Origin: Candidatus Endomicrobiellum africanum
Lineage (GTDB): Bacteria > Elusimicrobiota > Endomicrobiia > Endomicrobiales > Endomicrobiaceae
Reading direction: 5' to 3'
Assembly: GCA_031281995.1 (NCBI GenBank)
Contig: JAITEQ010000011.1
Span: 1 to 51,056, forward strand
Length of the DNA stretch: 51,056 nt
Part shown: piece by piece, positions 18,854 to 29,169 of the stretch
Numbering within the stretch: the first letter of the stretch is position 1
Layout of the letters: every line of letters starts with the position of its first letter
Program-made: the position numbers and the translations under genes
Notes under the pieces: generated by a model
The model's input: the letters and a program-made list of their open reading frames with translations, nothing else
Told to the model about the DNA's origin: nothing
Databases searched by the model: none

Positions 18854-20013
18854 AAAGAATAACAATTTTAGGTTCATCAGGCTCTATAGGTACTCAAACT
18901 CTTGACGCTATTTCTTTAATGAAAGGAATGGTCAAAGTAGATGGCCTTGCTGTTGGCAAAAATATAAAATTATTGAAACAGCAAATTAAAAAATTTAAAC
19001 CAAAAGCTGTTTCTGTAAGTAGTGTTTTGGAGGTTGTAAAGTTAAAAAAATGGAGTAAAACAAATAACATAAATGTTAAAGTTTATAGTGGAAGAGAGGG
19101 GCTAATAAAACTTGCTACAATGTCTAGTATTAGTTTAGTAGTTGCTGCAGTTGTTGGTGCAGCTGGGCTAGATTCAACAATTGCTGCTATTAGAGCAAAG
19201 AAAGATATAGCTATTGCAAATAAAGAAACGCTTGTAATGGCAGGCGATTACATAATGAAACTTGCTTCTAAGCTAAATGTTAAAGTTCTTCCAGTTGACA
19301 GTGAACATTCAGCTATATTCCAATGTTGTAATGTGGGAAAAAAATCTCAAATAAAAAAAATAATACTTACTGCTTCAGGAGGTCCTTTTTATAAATATGT
19401 TGGCGATTTATCTAAAATAACTGTTAGCCAAGCATTAAATCATCCTACTTGGAAAATGGGAAAAAAGATTTCTGTAGATAGCGCTACTCTTATGAACAAG
19501 GGTTTGGAAGCTATAGAAGCATCAGTTCTTTTTGGTATTCCTATAGAAAAAGTTGAAATTGTTATACATCCTCAATCTATAGTACATTCTATGGTAGAGT
19601 ATTTAGACGGGTCTGTTATAGCTCAACTTTCAAACCCAGATATGACACTTCCAATACAATATGCTTTAACGTATCCTGAAAGGATTTGTTCTAAGATAAA
19701 ATCTTTAAATCTTTGTGAAATTGGCAAATTAGAGTTTTATGAACCCGATTTTAATAAGTTTCCGTGTTTAAGTCTTGCATATTTTTCTGCAAAAAAAGGA
19801 TATACAATGCCTGCGGTTATGAATGCGGCAAACGAAGTTTGTGTGGATGCATTTTTAAGTGGAAATATAAAGTTTACAGATATTGCAAAAATTGTTAAAA
19901 AGGCTATACTATCACATAAAATTTTAAAGAATAAGTCTGTAGATACATTTATCAAGGCGGACGCTTGGTCTAGAGACTACGTTAGTAATTTAATAAAAAA
20001 GGGAATATTATGA
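18850..20013 (+). CDS. dxr: 1-deoxy-D-xylulose 5-phosphate reductoisomerase
   Basis: LGSSGSIG, ANKE, PVDSEHSA, HPTWKMG. Confidence 0.97.
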   Translation: MKRITILGSSGSIGTQTLDAISLMKGMVKVDGLAVGKNIKLLKQQIKKFKPKAVSVSSVLEVVKLKKWSKTNNINVKVYSGREGLIKLATMSSISLVVAAVVGAAGLDSTIAAIRAKKDIAIANKETLVMAGDYIMKLASKLNVKVLPVDSEHSAIFQCCNVGKKSQIKKIILTASGGPFYKYVGDLSKITVSQALNHPTWKMGKKISVDSATLMNKGLEAIEASVLFGIPIEKVEIVIHPQSIVHSMVEYLDGSVIAQLSNPDMTLPIQYALTYPERICSKIKSLNLCEIGKLEFYEPDFNKFPCLSLAYFSAKKGYTMPAVMNAANEVCVDAFLSGNIKFTDIAKIVKKAILSHKILKNKSVDTFIKADAWSRDYVSNLIKKGIL

Positions 20014-21062
20014 TTGTCCTTGAGATTTTAGGAATTATAGTAGGTTTTGGTTTTTTAATTTTTATACATGAGTTAGGGCATTTTATTGCATCTAAAATGT
20101 GTAAAGTAAAAGTGTTAACATTCGCGTTAGGTTTTGGGCCTGACATAGTAAAAGTTAACCATAATGGAACAAAATACGCAATAAAAGCTTTTCCTTTAGG
20201 AGGGGTTGTTTTGATGGATGGAGAAAATCCTAAAAAAGCTAAAGGTGAAATTGGCGAGTACTTGTCGTTAATATGGTATAAAAAAATATTTATAGCTTTT
20301 TTAGGGCCTTTTTGTAATTATTTACTTGCTATAATTTTGTTCGCTTTTATTTTTAATATTTGGGGAACGTCAACAATATCTAACAGTTCTAAAATTGGTG
20401 GTCTTTTAAAGGATTGTCCGGCAGAACAAGCAGGACTTATGTCCGGGGATAAAATAATATCTATAGATGGAAAAAGTGTAAACACTTGGGACGATTTGTC
20501 TGAAAATTTCAAAAGTAAAGCAGGCAAAGAAACTTATTTTGTTGTAGAAAGAGGCTCATATTCTTTTAATGTAAATATGCTTGTATCAAAAAATCCTGTA
20601 ACCGGAACAGGAGTTATAGGAATAACTCCTTATGTTACACATGATGATGCAAATTTTTTTAAGTCTGTGTATTTAGGTTCTAAAGTTGTAATTGTTCAGA
20701 CTCTTATGACTGTAAAATATCTTTATAACAAAATAGTTTCTTTTGAAAAACCTGAACTTTCTGGTCCTATAGGAATTATGAATGTTATGGCTGATGCTAC
20801 AAAGTCTGGTATTGACGAGTACTTAAAATTACTTGGTATTATATCTGTAGCTCTTGGACTGTTTAATCTTTTTCCTATACCTATGGTAGATGGTGGTATG
20901 ATACTATTATTTTCTATTGAAGGAATAATAAAAAAACAAATAAGCACAAAAGTTGTACAAATTTATAACACTATAGGCTTGTTGTTTATTTTGGCTATTT
21001 TTATTTTTGCCACTTACAGCGATCTATTGAGGTTAGGTATAGGAAAGTTGTTTGGCAAATAG
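20010..21062 (+). CDS. rseP: Site-2 protease RseP with one PDZ domain
   Basis: HELGH and NLFPIPMVDGG. Confidence 0.92.
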   Translation: MIVLEILGIIVGFGFLIFIHELGHFIASKMCKVKVLTFALGFGPDIVKVNHNGTKYAIKAFPLGGVVLMDGENPKKAKGEIGEYLSLIWYKKIFIAFLGPFCNYLLAIILFAFIFNIWGTSTISNSSKIGGLLKDCPAEQAGLMSGDKIISIDGKSVNTWDDLSENFKSKAGKETYFVVERGSYSFNVNMLVSKNPVTGTGVIGITPYVTHDDANFFKSVYLGSKVVIVQTLMTVKYLYNKIVSFEKPELSGPIGIMNVMADATKSGIDEYLKLLGIISVALGLFNLFPIPMVDGGMILLFSIEGIIKKQISTKVVQIYNTIGLLFILAIFIFATYSDLLRLGIGKLFGK

Positions 21063-21849
21063 TTCTATATTTAAAAGGATGAAAATGTTAAATTCTTATA
21101 AGGACAGAATTCAAGAAGTCGATGAATTAAAAAAAGAAATAGACCACTATCGTCCATTTAGCAAGGATTTAGTAAATAAATTGCAAGAATATTACCGTAT
21201 AGGGTTTGTTTACACCAGCAACGCCATTGAAGGTAATTCTTTAACGGAATCTGAGACGAAAATTGTTATTGAGGATGGCTTAACGATTGGCGGAAAATCT
21301 ATTAGAGATCATAATGAAGCTTTGGGCCATAATGATGCATATACTTTACTTGAAGAGCTTGCTTCTAATAAGTATATAACAGAGTCAGACATTCTTCAAT
21401 TACATAGATTATTTTATATTAGAATAGATGAAAGTAAAGCAGGTAAATATAGAAGAGAGCAAGTTTTTATTTCAGGTACAGATTATTTGCCTCCAAAATA
21501 TAGTGATGTTCCAAAGCTTATGAAAGAGTTTGGTGACTCAAGGGCTTATTTAAAAAAATCATTACTATACACTATGCAGCAAGACTTCATAAAGAGATTG
21601 CAACGATTCACCCTTTTAGTGATGGGAACGGAAGAACGTCAGGGCTTGTTATGAACCTTGCCTTGCTGCAAGTTGGTTATCCTATTGCTATTATTTGCGC
21701 CTGTGTTAAGGAATGACTATATATCTGCTATAAGATTAGCTAACAAAGACACTGTGGAGCCTTTTTATAATTTTATATCGAATATAGAATATGAAAGCGC
21801 AAGAGATTATATTAGATTGTTAAAACATTATAATGAGAAATAGTTCTAT
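21057..21849 (+). repeat. 12-bp direct repeats flanking the Fic locus
   Basis: AAATAGTTCTAT at 21057-21068 and 21838-21849. Confidence 0.65.
21085..21843 (+). pseudogene. Class II Fic-domain protein with two frameshifts
   Basis: SNAIEGN in the first frame; HPFSDGNGRTSG (from 21609) in another frame; C-terminus APVLRNDYIS back in the first frame. Confidence 0.85.
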
Positions 21850-21973
21850 GAAAGTCAGGTTTTGTTGTATATATAATAATGGCATCAATTGATGAAAGAG
21901 GGAATATAGAAGATATTTTAATTAAGAAAACTTATCTTTTAATGTTTAGTTTACATACTGGAATAATTACTAT

Positions 21974-23056
21974 ATGAAGTTTTATAAAAGAAATCAAACA
22001 AAGAAGATAAATGTAGGTAATGTTACAATAGGAGGCGGTTCTCCTATTGCGGTTCAGTCTATGACAAATACAGATACTAAAGACTGGAAAACTACAGTAA
22101 GACAAATAAAGCATCTAGAGGAAGTTGGCTGTGAAATTGTAAGAGTTTCTCTTCCAACTATAGAAGCTGCAGAAAATGTAGGTAAAATAAAAAAGCGTAT
22201 AAAAATACCTTTAGTTGCAGATATTCACTTTGATCATAAAATAGCAATTGAAGCTGTAAAACAAGGAATAGATAAACTAAGGATTAATCCTGGTAATATT
22301 GGTTCTAAAGAAAAGTTTGAATCTGTTGTAAAAGAAGCAAAAAACGCGCATGTTCCTATACGTATAGGAGTTAATGCAGGTTCGTTGAAAGTAGTTCATA
22401 ATTTTGTTGATAACATGTCTAAAGCAAAAGCCTTAACTAGTGCTGCTATGGAACATGTTAAAATTTTAGAAAATTTAAATTTTGAAGATATTGTTGTATC
22501 TTTAAAAGCGTCAGACATAGATACGACTGTGCAGGCGTATAAACTTTTTGCTTCAAAAAGAAGCTATCCTCTACATTTAGGAATAACGGAGGCAGGCTCT
22601 CTTTTTAGTGGCACTGTAAAATCTTGTGCAGGTCTTGGAATAATGCTAGACGATGGTATAGGAGACACTTTAAGAGTATCTCTTACGGCAAACCCTATAG
22701 AGGAGGTAAAAGTTGCGTACTCTCTTTTACAAGCTATGCATTTGCGTAGTATGGGTCTGGAAATTATTTCTTGTCCGACATGTGCAAGATGTAAAGTAGA
22801 TTTAATAAATATTGTTTGCGAATTTGAAAAAAAAGCTGCTTTAATACAAGGTTTGAAAAAGGTTAAAAACCCTATAAAAGTTGCTTTGATGGGTTGCGTT
22901 GTTAATGGGCCTGGGGAAGCAAAAGATGCTGACTTTGGTATAGCTGGTGGTAATGATGAGGGAATACTATTTAAAAACGGGCAAATTATAGGAAAAGTAA
23001 AGTCTGATAAATGGGTTTCTAAACTAATTGCTATGTTAAAGACTTGTTTGTCTTAA
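21974..23056 (+). CDS. ispG: HMBPP synthase
   Basis: VQSMTNT, ADIHFD, RINPGNIG, SCPTCAR, MGCVVNGPGE. Confidence 0.97.
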   Translation: MKFYKRNQTKKINVGNVTIGGGSPIAVQSMTNTDTKDWKTTVRQIKHLEEVGCEIVRVSLPTIEAAENVGKIKKRIKIPLVADIHFDHKIAIEAVKQGIDKLRINPGNIGSKEKFESVVKEAKNAHVPIRIGVNAGSLKVVHNFVDNMSKAKALTSAAMEHVKILENLNFEDIVVSLKASDIDTTVQAYKLFASKRSYPLHLGITEAGSLFSGTVKSCAGLGIMLDDGIGDTLRVSLTANPIEEVKVAYSLLQAMHLRSMGLEIISCPTCARCKVDLINIVCEFEKKAALIQGLKKVKNPIKVALMGCVVNGPGEAKDADFGIAGGNDEGILFKNGQIIGKVKSDKWVSKLIAMLKTCLS

Positions 23057-23066
23057 GGAGTAAAAA

Positions 23067-23531
23067 ATGGCAGAAATTTATTTAACAAGAGATGGTAGGG
23101 AAAAATTAATTAAAGAGTTACAAGAGCTACAAAAAAGAAAACCGTTAATTCAAGATGAGATTGCAAAAGCAAGAGAACACGGTGATTTAAGAGAAAATGC
23201 AGAATACCATGCTGCAAAAGAAACTCTTACTAACCTTATGCGCAGAATTGTGGAACTTGACTCTAAAATAGTTAGTGCAAAGATTATAGAAGAACAAAAT
23301 ATAGATCCAGACAAGATTTTTATTGGTGTTACAATAACAATTCAAGATGAAGATGGCGATAATTATGAATATACAGTGGTAGACTTAGAAGAAGCTGATC
23401 CGTCTGCAAGTAAGATATCTGTACAATCTCCTCTTGTACAAGGATTGCTTGGCCATAAAGTGGGCGAGACAGTTGATGTAGAATTGCCAGCTGGTAAAGC
23501 TAAATTTAAAATATTGAAGATTTCAAGATAA
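23067..23531 (+). CDS. greA: Transcription elongation factor GreA
   Basis: HGDLRENAEYHAAKE, ISVQSP. Confidence 0.96.
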   Translation: MAEIYLTRDGREKLIKELQELQKRKPLIQDEIAKAREHGDLRENAEYHAAKETLTNLMRRIVELDSKIVSAKIIEEQNIDPDKIFIGVTITIQDEDGDNYEYTVVDLEEADPSASKISVQSPLVQGLLGHKVGETVDVELPAGKAKFKILKISR

Positions 23532-23548
23532 AATTTTAAGAGGGAAGT

Positions 23549-25258
23549 ATGCTGTTTTCTAAAATGTTGATCCCTACATTAAGAGAAGCTCCGCAAGATG
23601 CTGATATAGTATCTGCAAAGTTAATGATAAGAGCTGGTATGATACGTAAATTAATGTCTGGGGTTTATGAGTTTTTGCCTTTAGGTCTTAAAGCTTTAAG
23701 AAAAGTAGAAAATATTATAAGGGAAGAAATGAACAAAGCTGGTGGACAAGAAATAGTATTACCTCTGCTATTTCCTAAAGATTTATGGCTTCAGACAGGC
23801 AGATGGAACGTTTATGGTAAAGAACTTTTTAGACTTAAAGACAGAAAAGAGTCTGAATTTTGTCTTGCCCCGACTGCAGAAGAAGCTATTACTGACTTGG
23901 TTAGAAAAGAAGTTAAATCTTATAAACAATTGCCGTTTATGTTATATCAGTTTGGCACTAAATTTAGAGATGAAATTCGCCCACGCTTTGGAGTTATGCG
24001 TTCTAGAGAATTTTTGATGAAAGATGCATACTCTTTCCATGCAGATGAGGCGGATTTGGATGTATATTACAAACAAATGTATGATGTCTACATTAATATT
24101 TGTAAAAGGTGCGGTTTTAAATTTAGGTCTGTTGAAGCTGCTTCTGGTGCAATAGGTGGGTCGCAGTCTTGCGAATTTATGGTGCTTGCAGATACAGGTG
24201 AAGAAGAAATTGCTTGGTGTGACTGTGGTTATGGAGCAAATAGTGAGAAAGCAGAAAGTTTAGTAGCAGTTTCTTGTCATGAGGAAGAACTTTTTGATAT
24301 GCAAGAAGTTTTAACACACGAAGTTTGCGCTGTAAGTGATGTGTCAAAATTTTTAAATTTGCCTTATGAAAAATTTATAAAAACTATGGTTTATTTAGCA
24401 GATGGATCTCCAATAGTTGTTTTAGTAAGAGGAGACTATGATGTAAACGAGATAAAACTTCAAAGTTTGCTTGGGGCAAACGAAATTGTGCTTGCTGATG
24501 AACAAACTATAAATTTTGTAACGAAATCCCCTAAAGGATTTGCTGGCCCTGTAGGTCTTAAAGATGTAAAGATAATAGCTGACATATCTGTAATAGAAAT
24601 TCCAAATGCTGTCACAGGGGCAAACAAAAAAAATTTTCATATAAAGAATGTAAACTATAACAGAGATTATAGTGCTGATGTAGTAGCAAATATTAGAAAA
24701 GTAAAAAAAGGTGATATCTGCCCAAAATGTAAAAAAGAAAATTTAAAGTTTTCTAGAGGAATAGAAATAGGTCACATATTTAAACTTGGAACAAAATATT
24801 CTAAGTCCTTAAATGCTACTTATTTAGATGTAAATGGAAAAGAAAATCTTATTGTTATGGGTTGTTATGGAATAGGTGTTACAAGAATACTTGCTGCTAC
24901 AATAGAGCAGTCTCATGATGATAACGGTATAATATGGCCAGACAATATTGCTCCTTTTGAAGTTGTTATTGTGCCAATAAATTATGCTCATGAACAAACA
25001 AAAGAAGTAACGAATAAAATTTATAGAGAATTGTCAGCTAAAGGATTAGATGTTTTAATTGACGACAGAGATGAGAGGGCTGGTATTAAGTTTAAAGATG
25101 CAGATTTAATAGGTGTACCTTACAGAATAACAATAGGAGAAAAGGGTTTGTTAAATAATGCTATAGAACTTAAGTCTAGAGCTGTTGATAAAAATGCAAT
25201 TAAACTTTTAAGTCCACAAGATGTTATAAATGAAATATTGAAAATATATAATAAATAA
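23549..25258 (+). CDS. proS: Prolyl-tRNA synthetase (bacterial type with editing domain)
   Basis: FRDEIRPRFG, REFLMKDAYSF, MGCYGIGVTR. Confidence 0.97.
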   Translation: MLFSKMLIPTLREAPQDADIVSAKLMIRAGMIRKLMSGVYEFLPLGLKALRKVENIIREEMNKAGGQEIVLPLLFPKDLWLQTGRWNVYGKELFRLKDRKESEFCLAPTAEEAITDLVRKEVKSYKQLPFMLYQFGTKFRDEIRPRFGVMRSREFLMKDAYSFHADEADLDVYYKQMYDVYINICKRCGFKFRSVEAASGAIGGSQSCEFMVLADTGEEEIAWCDCGYGANSEKAESLVAVSCHEEELFDMQEVLTHEVCAVSDVSKFLNLPYEKFIKTMVYLADGSPIVVLVRGDYDVNEIKLQSLLGANEIVLADEQTINFVTKSPKGFAGPVGLKDVKIIADISVIEIPNAVTGANKKNFHIKNVNYNRDYSADVVANIRKVKKGDICPKCKKENLKFSRGIEIGHIFKLGTKYSKSLNATYLDVNGKENLIVMGCYGIGVTRILAATIEQSHDDNGIIWPDNIAPFEVVIVPINYAHEQTKEVTNKIYRELSAKGLDVLIDDRDERAGIKFKDADLIGVPYRITIGEKGLLNNAIELKSRAVDKNAIKLLSPQDVINEILKIYNK

Positions 25259-25283
25259 TCACGTTTTTATAAAGGAAGCTTTA

Positions 25284-26702
25284 ATGAAAGATTTTTTTAA
25301 ATTAAAAGAAAACAATACAACAGTATCTACAGAAATAGTAGCTGGTCTTACTACATTTTTTACAATGGCATATATTATTTTTGTAAATCCTGCTATCCTA
25401 TCTTTAAATCCTGGAATGTCATGGAACAGCACCTTTGTAGCTACAATTTTAGCTTCAGCTGTTGGAACTATGATAATGGCTTTTTTTGCCAATGTCCCTT
25501 TTGCATTAGCTCCAGGCCTGGGGTCTAGTGCTTTTTTTACTTTTGTTTTGTGTAAACAGATGGGCTTTGTGTGGCAAGAAGCGCTTGCTATAGTTGTTAT
25601 ATGTGGTTTTTTTATTGTTTTAATAACAGTAACAAAGTTGAGAAAGACTATTGTTGAAGCAATTCCTGACTTCCTTAAAGATTCCATAAGCTGCGGTATA
25701 GGCTTATTTATAGCATATATTGGTTTTAAAAATGCGTCTTTCTTAAAGTTTTTGTCTGATGCCGGGAATTATGTTTTGTTGGATAATGGAAATGTGATTT
25801 CAAATAGTCAAACAGTACCGTCTTTGGCTTTGTTTAATAACCCTCACGCATTGCTTGGCCTTATTGGACTTGTGGTAATGATAATACTTTTTGTAAAAAG
25901 AGTTAAAGGAGCAATTTTTTTAGGGATATTAATTTCTATTTTTTTTGGCATTCCTTTAGGTCTTGTTGACGGTTCTAAAATAAAATTTTTTGATTTTCAT
26001 TCTATCATATCAATTAAAGATGTTTCTTTTTGTGCATTTAGCTCTAATGGTATGGGCATGCTTTTTTCTGATATAAATAAAGTAATCCTTACTTTTACAG
26101 CACTGTTTGCGTTATTACTCTCTCTGACTTTTGACGCTATAGGCACATTTATAGGAGCAGGTAGAATTAGCGGTATTTTTGATACTAAAAAAGAAGCTCA
26201 ATTGACTTGTCAAAAAGAGTTTTCGTCAAAGTTCGAAAGGGCTTTTTTTGCTGATGGTGTTGCATCTTGTATAGGCGGCATATTTGGTACAAGTAGTGTT
26301 ACAACTTATGTAGAAAGTGCTTCTGGTATTTCTGCAGGTGGTAAAACTGGCCTTACATCTTTTGTTGTAGTTATAATGTTTTTATTATGTCTACCTTTTT
26401 CTTCTTTGTTTAATATAGTTCCTCCAGAAGCTACAGCACCTGCTTTAATTATAGTAGGTGTGCTTATGATGTCTTCTGCTTTAAGAATTAAATGGACAGA
26501 TTATCAAGAAGCAATTCCTGCTTTTTTCACGTTAAGTATCATGACTTTTGCCTTTAATATAAGTTATGGGATAGCTGCAGGATTTATATTTCATTGTATA
26601 GTAAAACTAGCTCAAAAAAAAGTAAAAGACATACACCCAATTTTGGCTGGCACATCATTATTGTTTTTAATTAACTTCATTATAATGGCTATTAGAGGAT
26701 AA
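25284..26702 (+). CDS. NCS2/AzgA-like purine permease
   Basis: AGLTTFFTMAYIIFVNP, YVESASGI..GGKTGL. Confidence 0.9.
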   Translation: MKDFFKLKENNTTVSTEIVAGLTTFFTMAYIIFVNPAILSLNPGMSWNSTFVATILASAVGTMIMAFFANVPFALAPGLGSSAFFTFVLCKQMGFVWQEALAIVVICGFFIVLITVTKLRKTIVEAIPDFLKDSISCGIGLFIAYIGFKNASFLKFLSDAGNYVLLDNGNVISNSQTVPSLALFNNPHALLGLIGLVVMIILFVKRVKGAIFLGILISIFFGIPLGLVDGSKIKFFDFHSIISIKDVSFCAFSSNGMGMLFSDINKVILTFTALFALLLSLTFDAIGTFIGAGRISGIFDTKKEAQLTCQKEFSSKFERAFFADGVASCIGGIFGTSSVTTYVESASGISAGGKTGLTSFVVVIMFLLCLPFSSLFNIVPPEATAPALIIVGVLMMSSALRIKWTDYQEAIPAFFTLSIMTFAFNISYGIAAGFIFHCIVKLAQKKVKDIHPILAGTSLLFLINFIIMAIRG

Positions 26703-26706
26703 GTTA

Positions 26707-28062
26707 ATGAGTTCAAATGGATATGATGTGGCTGTAATAGGTTCAGGTCCTGGAGGATTTACTTGTGCAGTTAGGGCAGCTCAACTTGGAGCAAAAGTTG
26801 TATTAATAGAGAAAACTTTTATAGGTGGCACTTGTTTAAACTGTGGTTGCATACCTACAAAATTTTTGTGGCAAACCTTAAAAATAAAACAAGAAATACA
26901 AAAATCTAACACATACGGACTAAAGGCTAATTTAGAGCCTGTAGTTTTTTCTGACATTGTTGAAAAGAAAAACAAAAACATTTTGAATTTAAGAAAAGGT
27001 GTGGAGTCAATACTTTGTTCTTATAATGTGGACATTGTTAAAGGGGAAGCTTTATTTAAAGACACAAACACTTTAACAGTTTCAAGTGAAGATAAAATAA
27101 TAGAAATTTTTGCAAGTAAAATTGTTATAGCAACAGGAACAAAACCTAAAGAAATAAAAGATTTTAAGTTTGACGGCAACAAAATAATTAGTTCAACAGA
27201 TATCTTGAATCTTAGAACTATTCCAGAAAGTATGCTTATAGTTGGTGGTGGTGCTATAGGTATAGAGATGGCTACTATTTTTGCAGGGTTTGGCAGTCAG
27301 GTGTCTTTAGCAGAATGCCAAACCTGTTTGCTTGAAAAAGAAGATATAGAAGTGTCTTTGGAAGTGCAAAAAAATCTCTCTAGACAAGGCGTAGAAGTAA
27401 TGACAGGATGTACAACTGCCCTCAACAATATCAATAAATATGAAAAAGTGTTAATTGTTACTGGAAGAACGCCAAATAGTAAATTAGGTTTAGAAATTGT
27501 AAAAGTTGAAATTGATAAAGACGGTTTTATTAAGACAGACAATTTTTGCAAAACAAATGTAGATAATATTTATGCAGTTGGTGATGTAAATGGGAAAAAT
27601 TTACTTGCCTATACAGCCCAAAATGAAGGTAAAGTTGTTGCAGAAAATATAGTTAGTGGTAGCTTTAGAATAGTAGAAAATGATATTATTCCTCAAGTTG
27701 TTTTTTCTATGCCTCAGACAGCTTGGGTAAAAGTGAAAAACTTGTCAAGTTATAAAAATTTATCTTTTGGCAAGTTTTTGTTTACAGCAAACAGTAGAGC
27801 TTTTATAGAAAACAAACGAACAGGGTTTGTTAAATGTGCTGTAGATATTTTAACTAAAAGGCCTCTTGCTTTTTGGGTTATAGGTGCCTGTAGCGATGAA
27901 CTTATTCACACAGCTTGTCAAATTTTGAAGAATGGTGGCATTGATATAAAAAGAGAAATGTTTTTTCATCCATCTATTAGTGAAGGATTGTTAAACGCTT
28001 ATGAAGATGCTTTAGGGGCATGTACAGAAACTGTAAAAAAGTTTAAAAAGGACATTTTATGA
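26707..28062 (+). CDS. lpdA: Dihydrolipoamide dehydrogenase-like protein (probable GCV L protein)
   Basis: GSGPGG, GGTCLNCGCIP, GGGAIGIE, HPSISE; overlaps gcvT. Confidence 0.8.
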   Translation: MSSNGYDVAVIGSGPGGFTCAVRAAQLGAKVVLIEKTFIGGTCLNCGCIPTKFLWQTLKIKQEIQKSNTYGLKANLEPVVFSDIVEKKNKNILNLRKGVESILCSYNVDIVKGEALFKDTNTLTVSSEDKIIEIFASKIVIATGTKPKEIKDFKFDGNKIISSTDILNLRTIPESMLIVGGGAIGIEMATIFAGFGSQVSLAECQTCLLEKEDIEVSLEVQKNLSRQGVEVMTGCTTALNNINKYEKVLIVTGRTPNSKLGLEIVKVEIDKDGFIKTDNFCKTNVDNIYAVGDVNGKNLLAYTAQNEGKVVAENIVSGSFRIVENDIIPQVVFSMPQTAWVKVKNLSSYKNLSFGKFLFTANSRAFIENKRTGFVKCAVDILTKRPLAFWVIGACSDELIHTACQILKNGGIDIKREMFFHPSISEGLLNAYEDALGACTETVKKFKKDIL

Positions 28063-29138
28063 AACAGACTCTGCTATATAATTTCCATAAAGAACTTGGC
28101 GCAAAATTTATAGAGTTTAGTGGTTGGAGTATGCCTGTACAATACTCTTCTATTATAGAAGAGCATAATGCAGTAAGAACAAATGTTGGTGTTTTTGACA
28201 CATCTCATATGGGCACGTTTATAGTTAGTGGTAAAGATGCTGAAAAGTTTATAAGTAGTGTAACTCTTGGCAATATTGTAGGTTTGCCAGATAATAAGGC
28301 AAGATATTCAATGATATTAAATGAATATGGTTGTGTTAAAGATGATGTCATTGTTTATAATATTGGTGATAAATATATGATAGTTGTCAACGCAGGAAAC
28401 TTAAACAAAGATTTTGATTGGCTAAACGATCATAAAGTTGGCGATGTTCAGATAGATGATATTAGTAATGAAATTTGTCTTATTGCTTTGCAAGGGCCAA
28501 AAGCAGAAAAAGTTTTAAAATGTTTAACTGAGACTGATATAGAAGGTATAAAATATTTTACAATTTCAAAAGTAAAGTTTAAGACTGTAGAAACAACTTT
28601 TTGTTATGTTTCAAGGACAGGATACACCGGAGAAGATGGGTTTGAAATTTTTATTTCAAAGGGACAAGCAGAAAGTCTGTTTAAAAAACTTATAGATATG
28701 TCAGTAAAACCTTGTGGTCTTGGCTGTAGAGATACTTTAAGACTAGAAGCTTGTATGCCTTTACATGGACATGAAATTAACGAAGATATTAATCCTCTTG
28801 AAGCAGGATTTCAAAAAACAGTAAATTGGGACAACAATTTTATTGGCAAAAAGACACTTTTACCAATAAAAGACAAACCTTTAAGAAAGTTAGTAGCTTT
28901 TGAATGTTTATCAGGTATAGCGAGAAATTCTAACGAGGTTGTTTTGTACGGTAAAAAAATAGGTTATGTAACAAGTGGATCGTTTTCTCCAACACTTAAA
29001 AAAGCTATAGGACTAGCTTTGATAGATTCTAATGTAACTTCAGAAGAGTTAGAAGTGGTAGTGTATAATAATAGTAGTAGAAAAATAAGAATTGTGCCAA
29101 AGCCTTTTTATAAAAAGTCTGTAATAAACAAAATATAA
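28059..29138 (+). CDS. gcvT: Glycine cleavage aminomethyltransferase T
   Basis: FDTSHMG, SRTGYTGEDGFE, RDTLRLEA. Confidence 0.94.
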   Translation: MKQTLLYNFHKELGAKFIEFSGWSMPVQYSSIIEEHNAVRTNVGVFDTSHMGTFIVSGKDAEKFISSVTLGNIVGLPDNKARYSMILNEYGCVKDDVIVYNIGDKYMIVVNAGNLNKDFDWLNDHKVGDVQIDDISNEICLIALQGPKAEKVLKCLTETDIEGIKYFTISKVKFKTVETTFCYVSRTGYTGEDGFEIFISKGQAESLFKKLIDMSVKPCGLGCRDTLRLEACMPLHGHEINEDINPLEAGFQKTVNWDNNFIGKKTLLPIKDKPLRKLVAFECLSGIARNSNEVVLYGKKIGYVTSGSFSPTLKKAIGLALIDSNVTSEELEVVVYNNSSRKIRIVPKPFYKKSVINKI

Positions 29139-29169
29139 AATTTACTGTTATAAGTATTAAAAGGACAAA

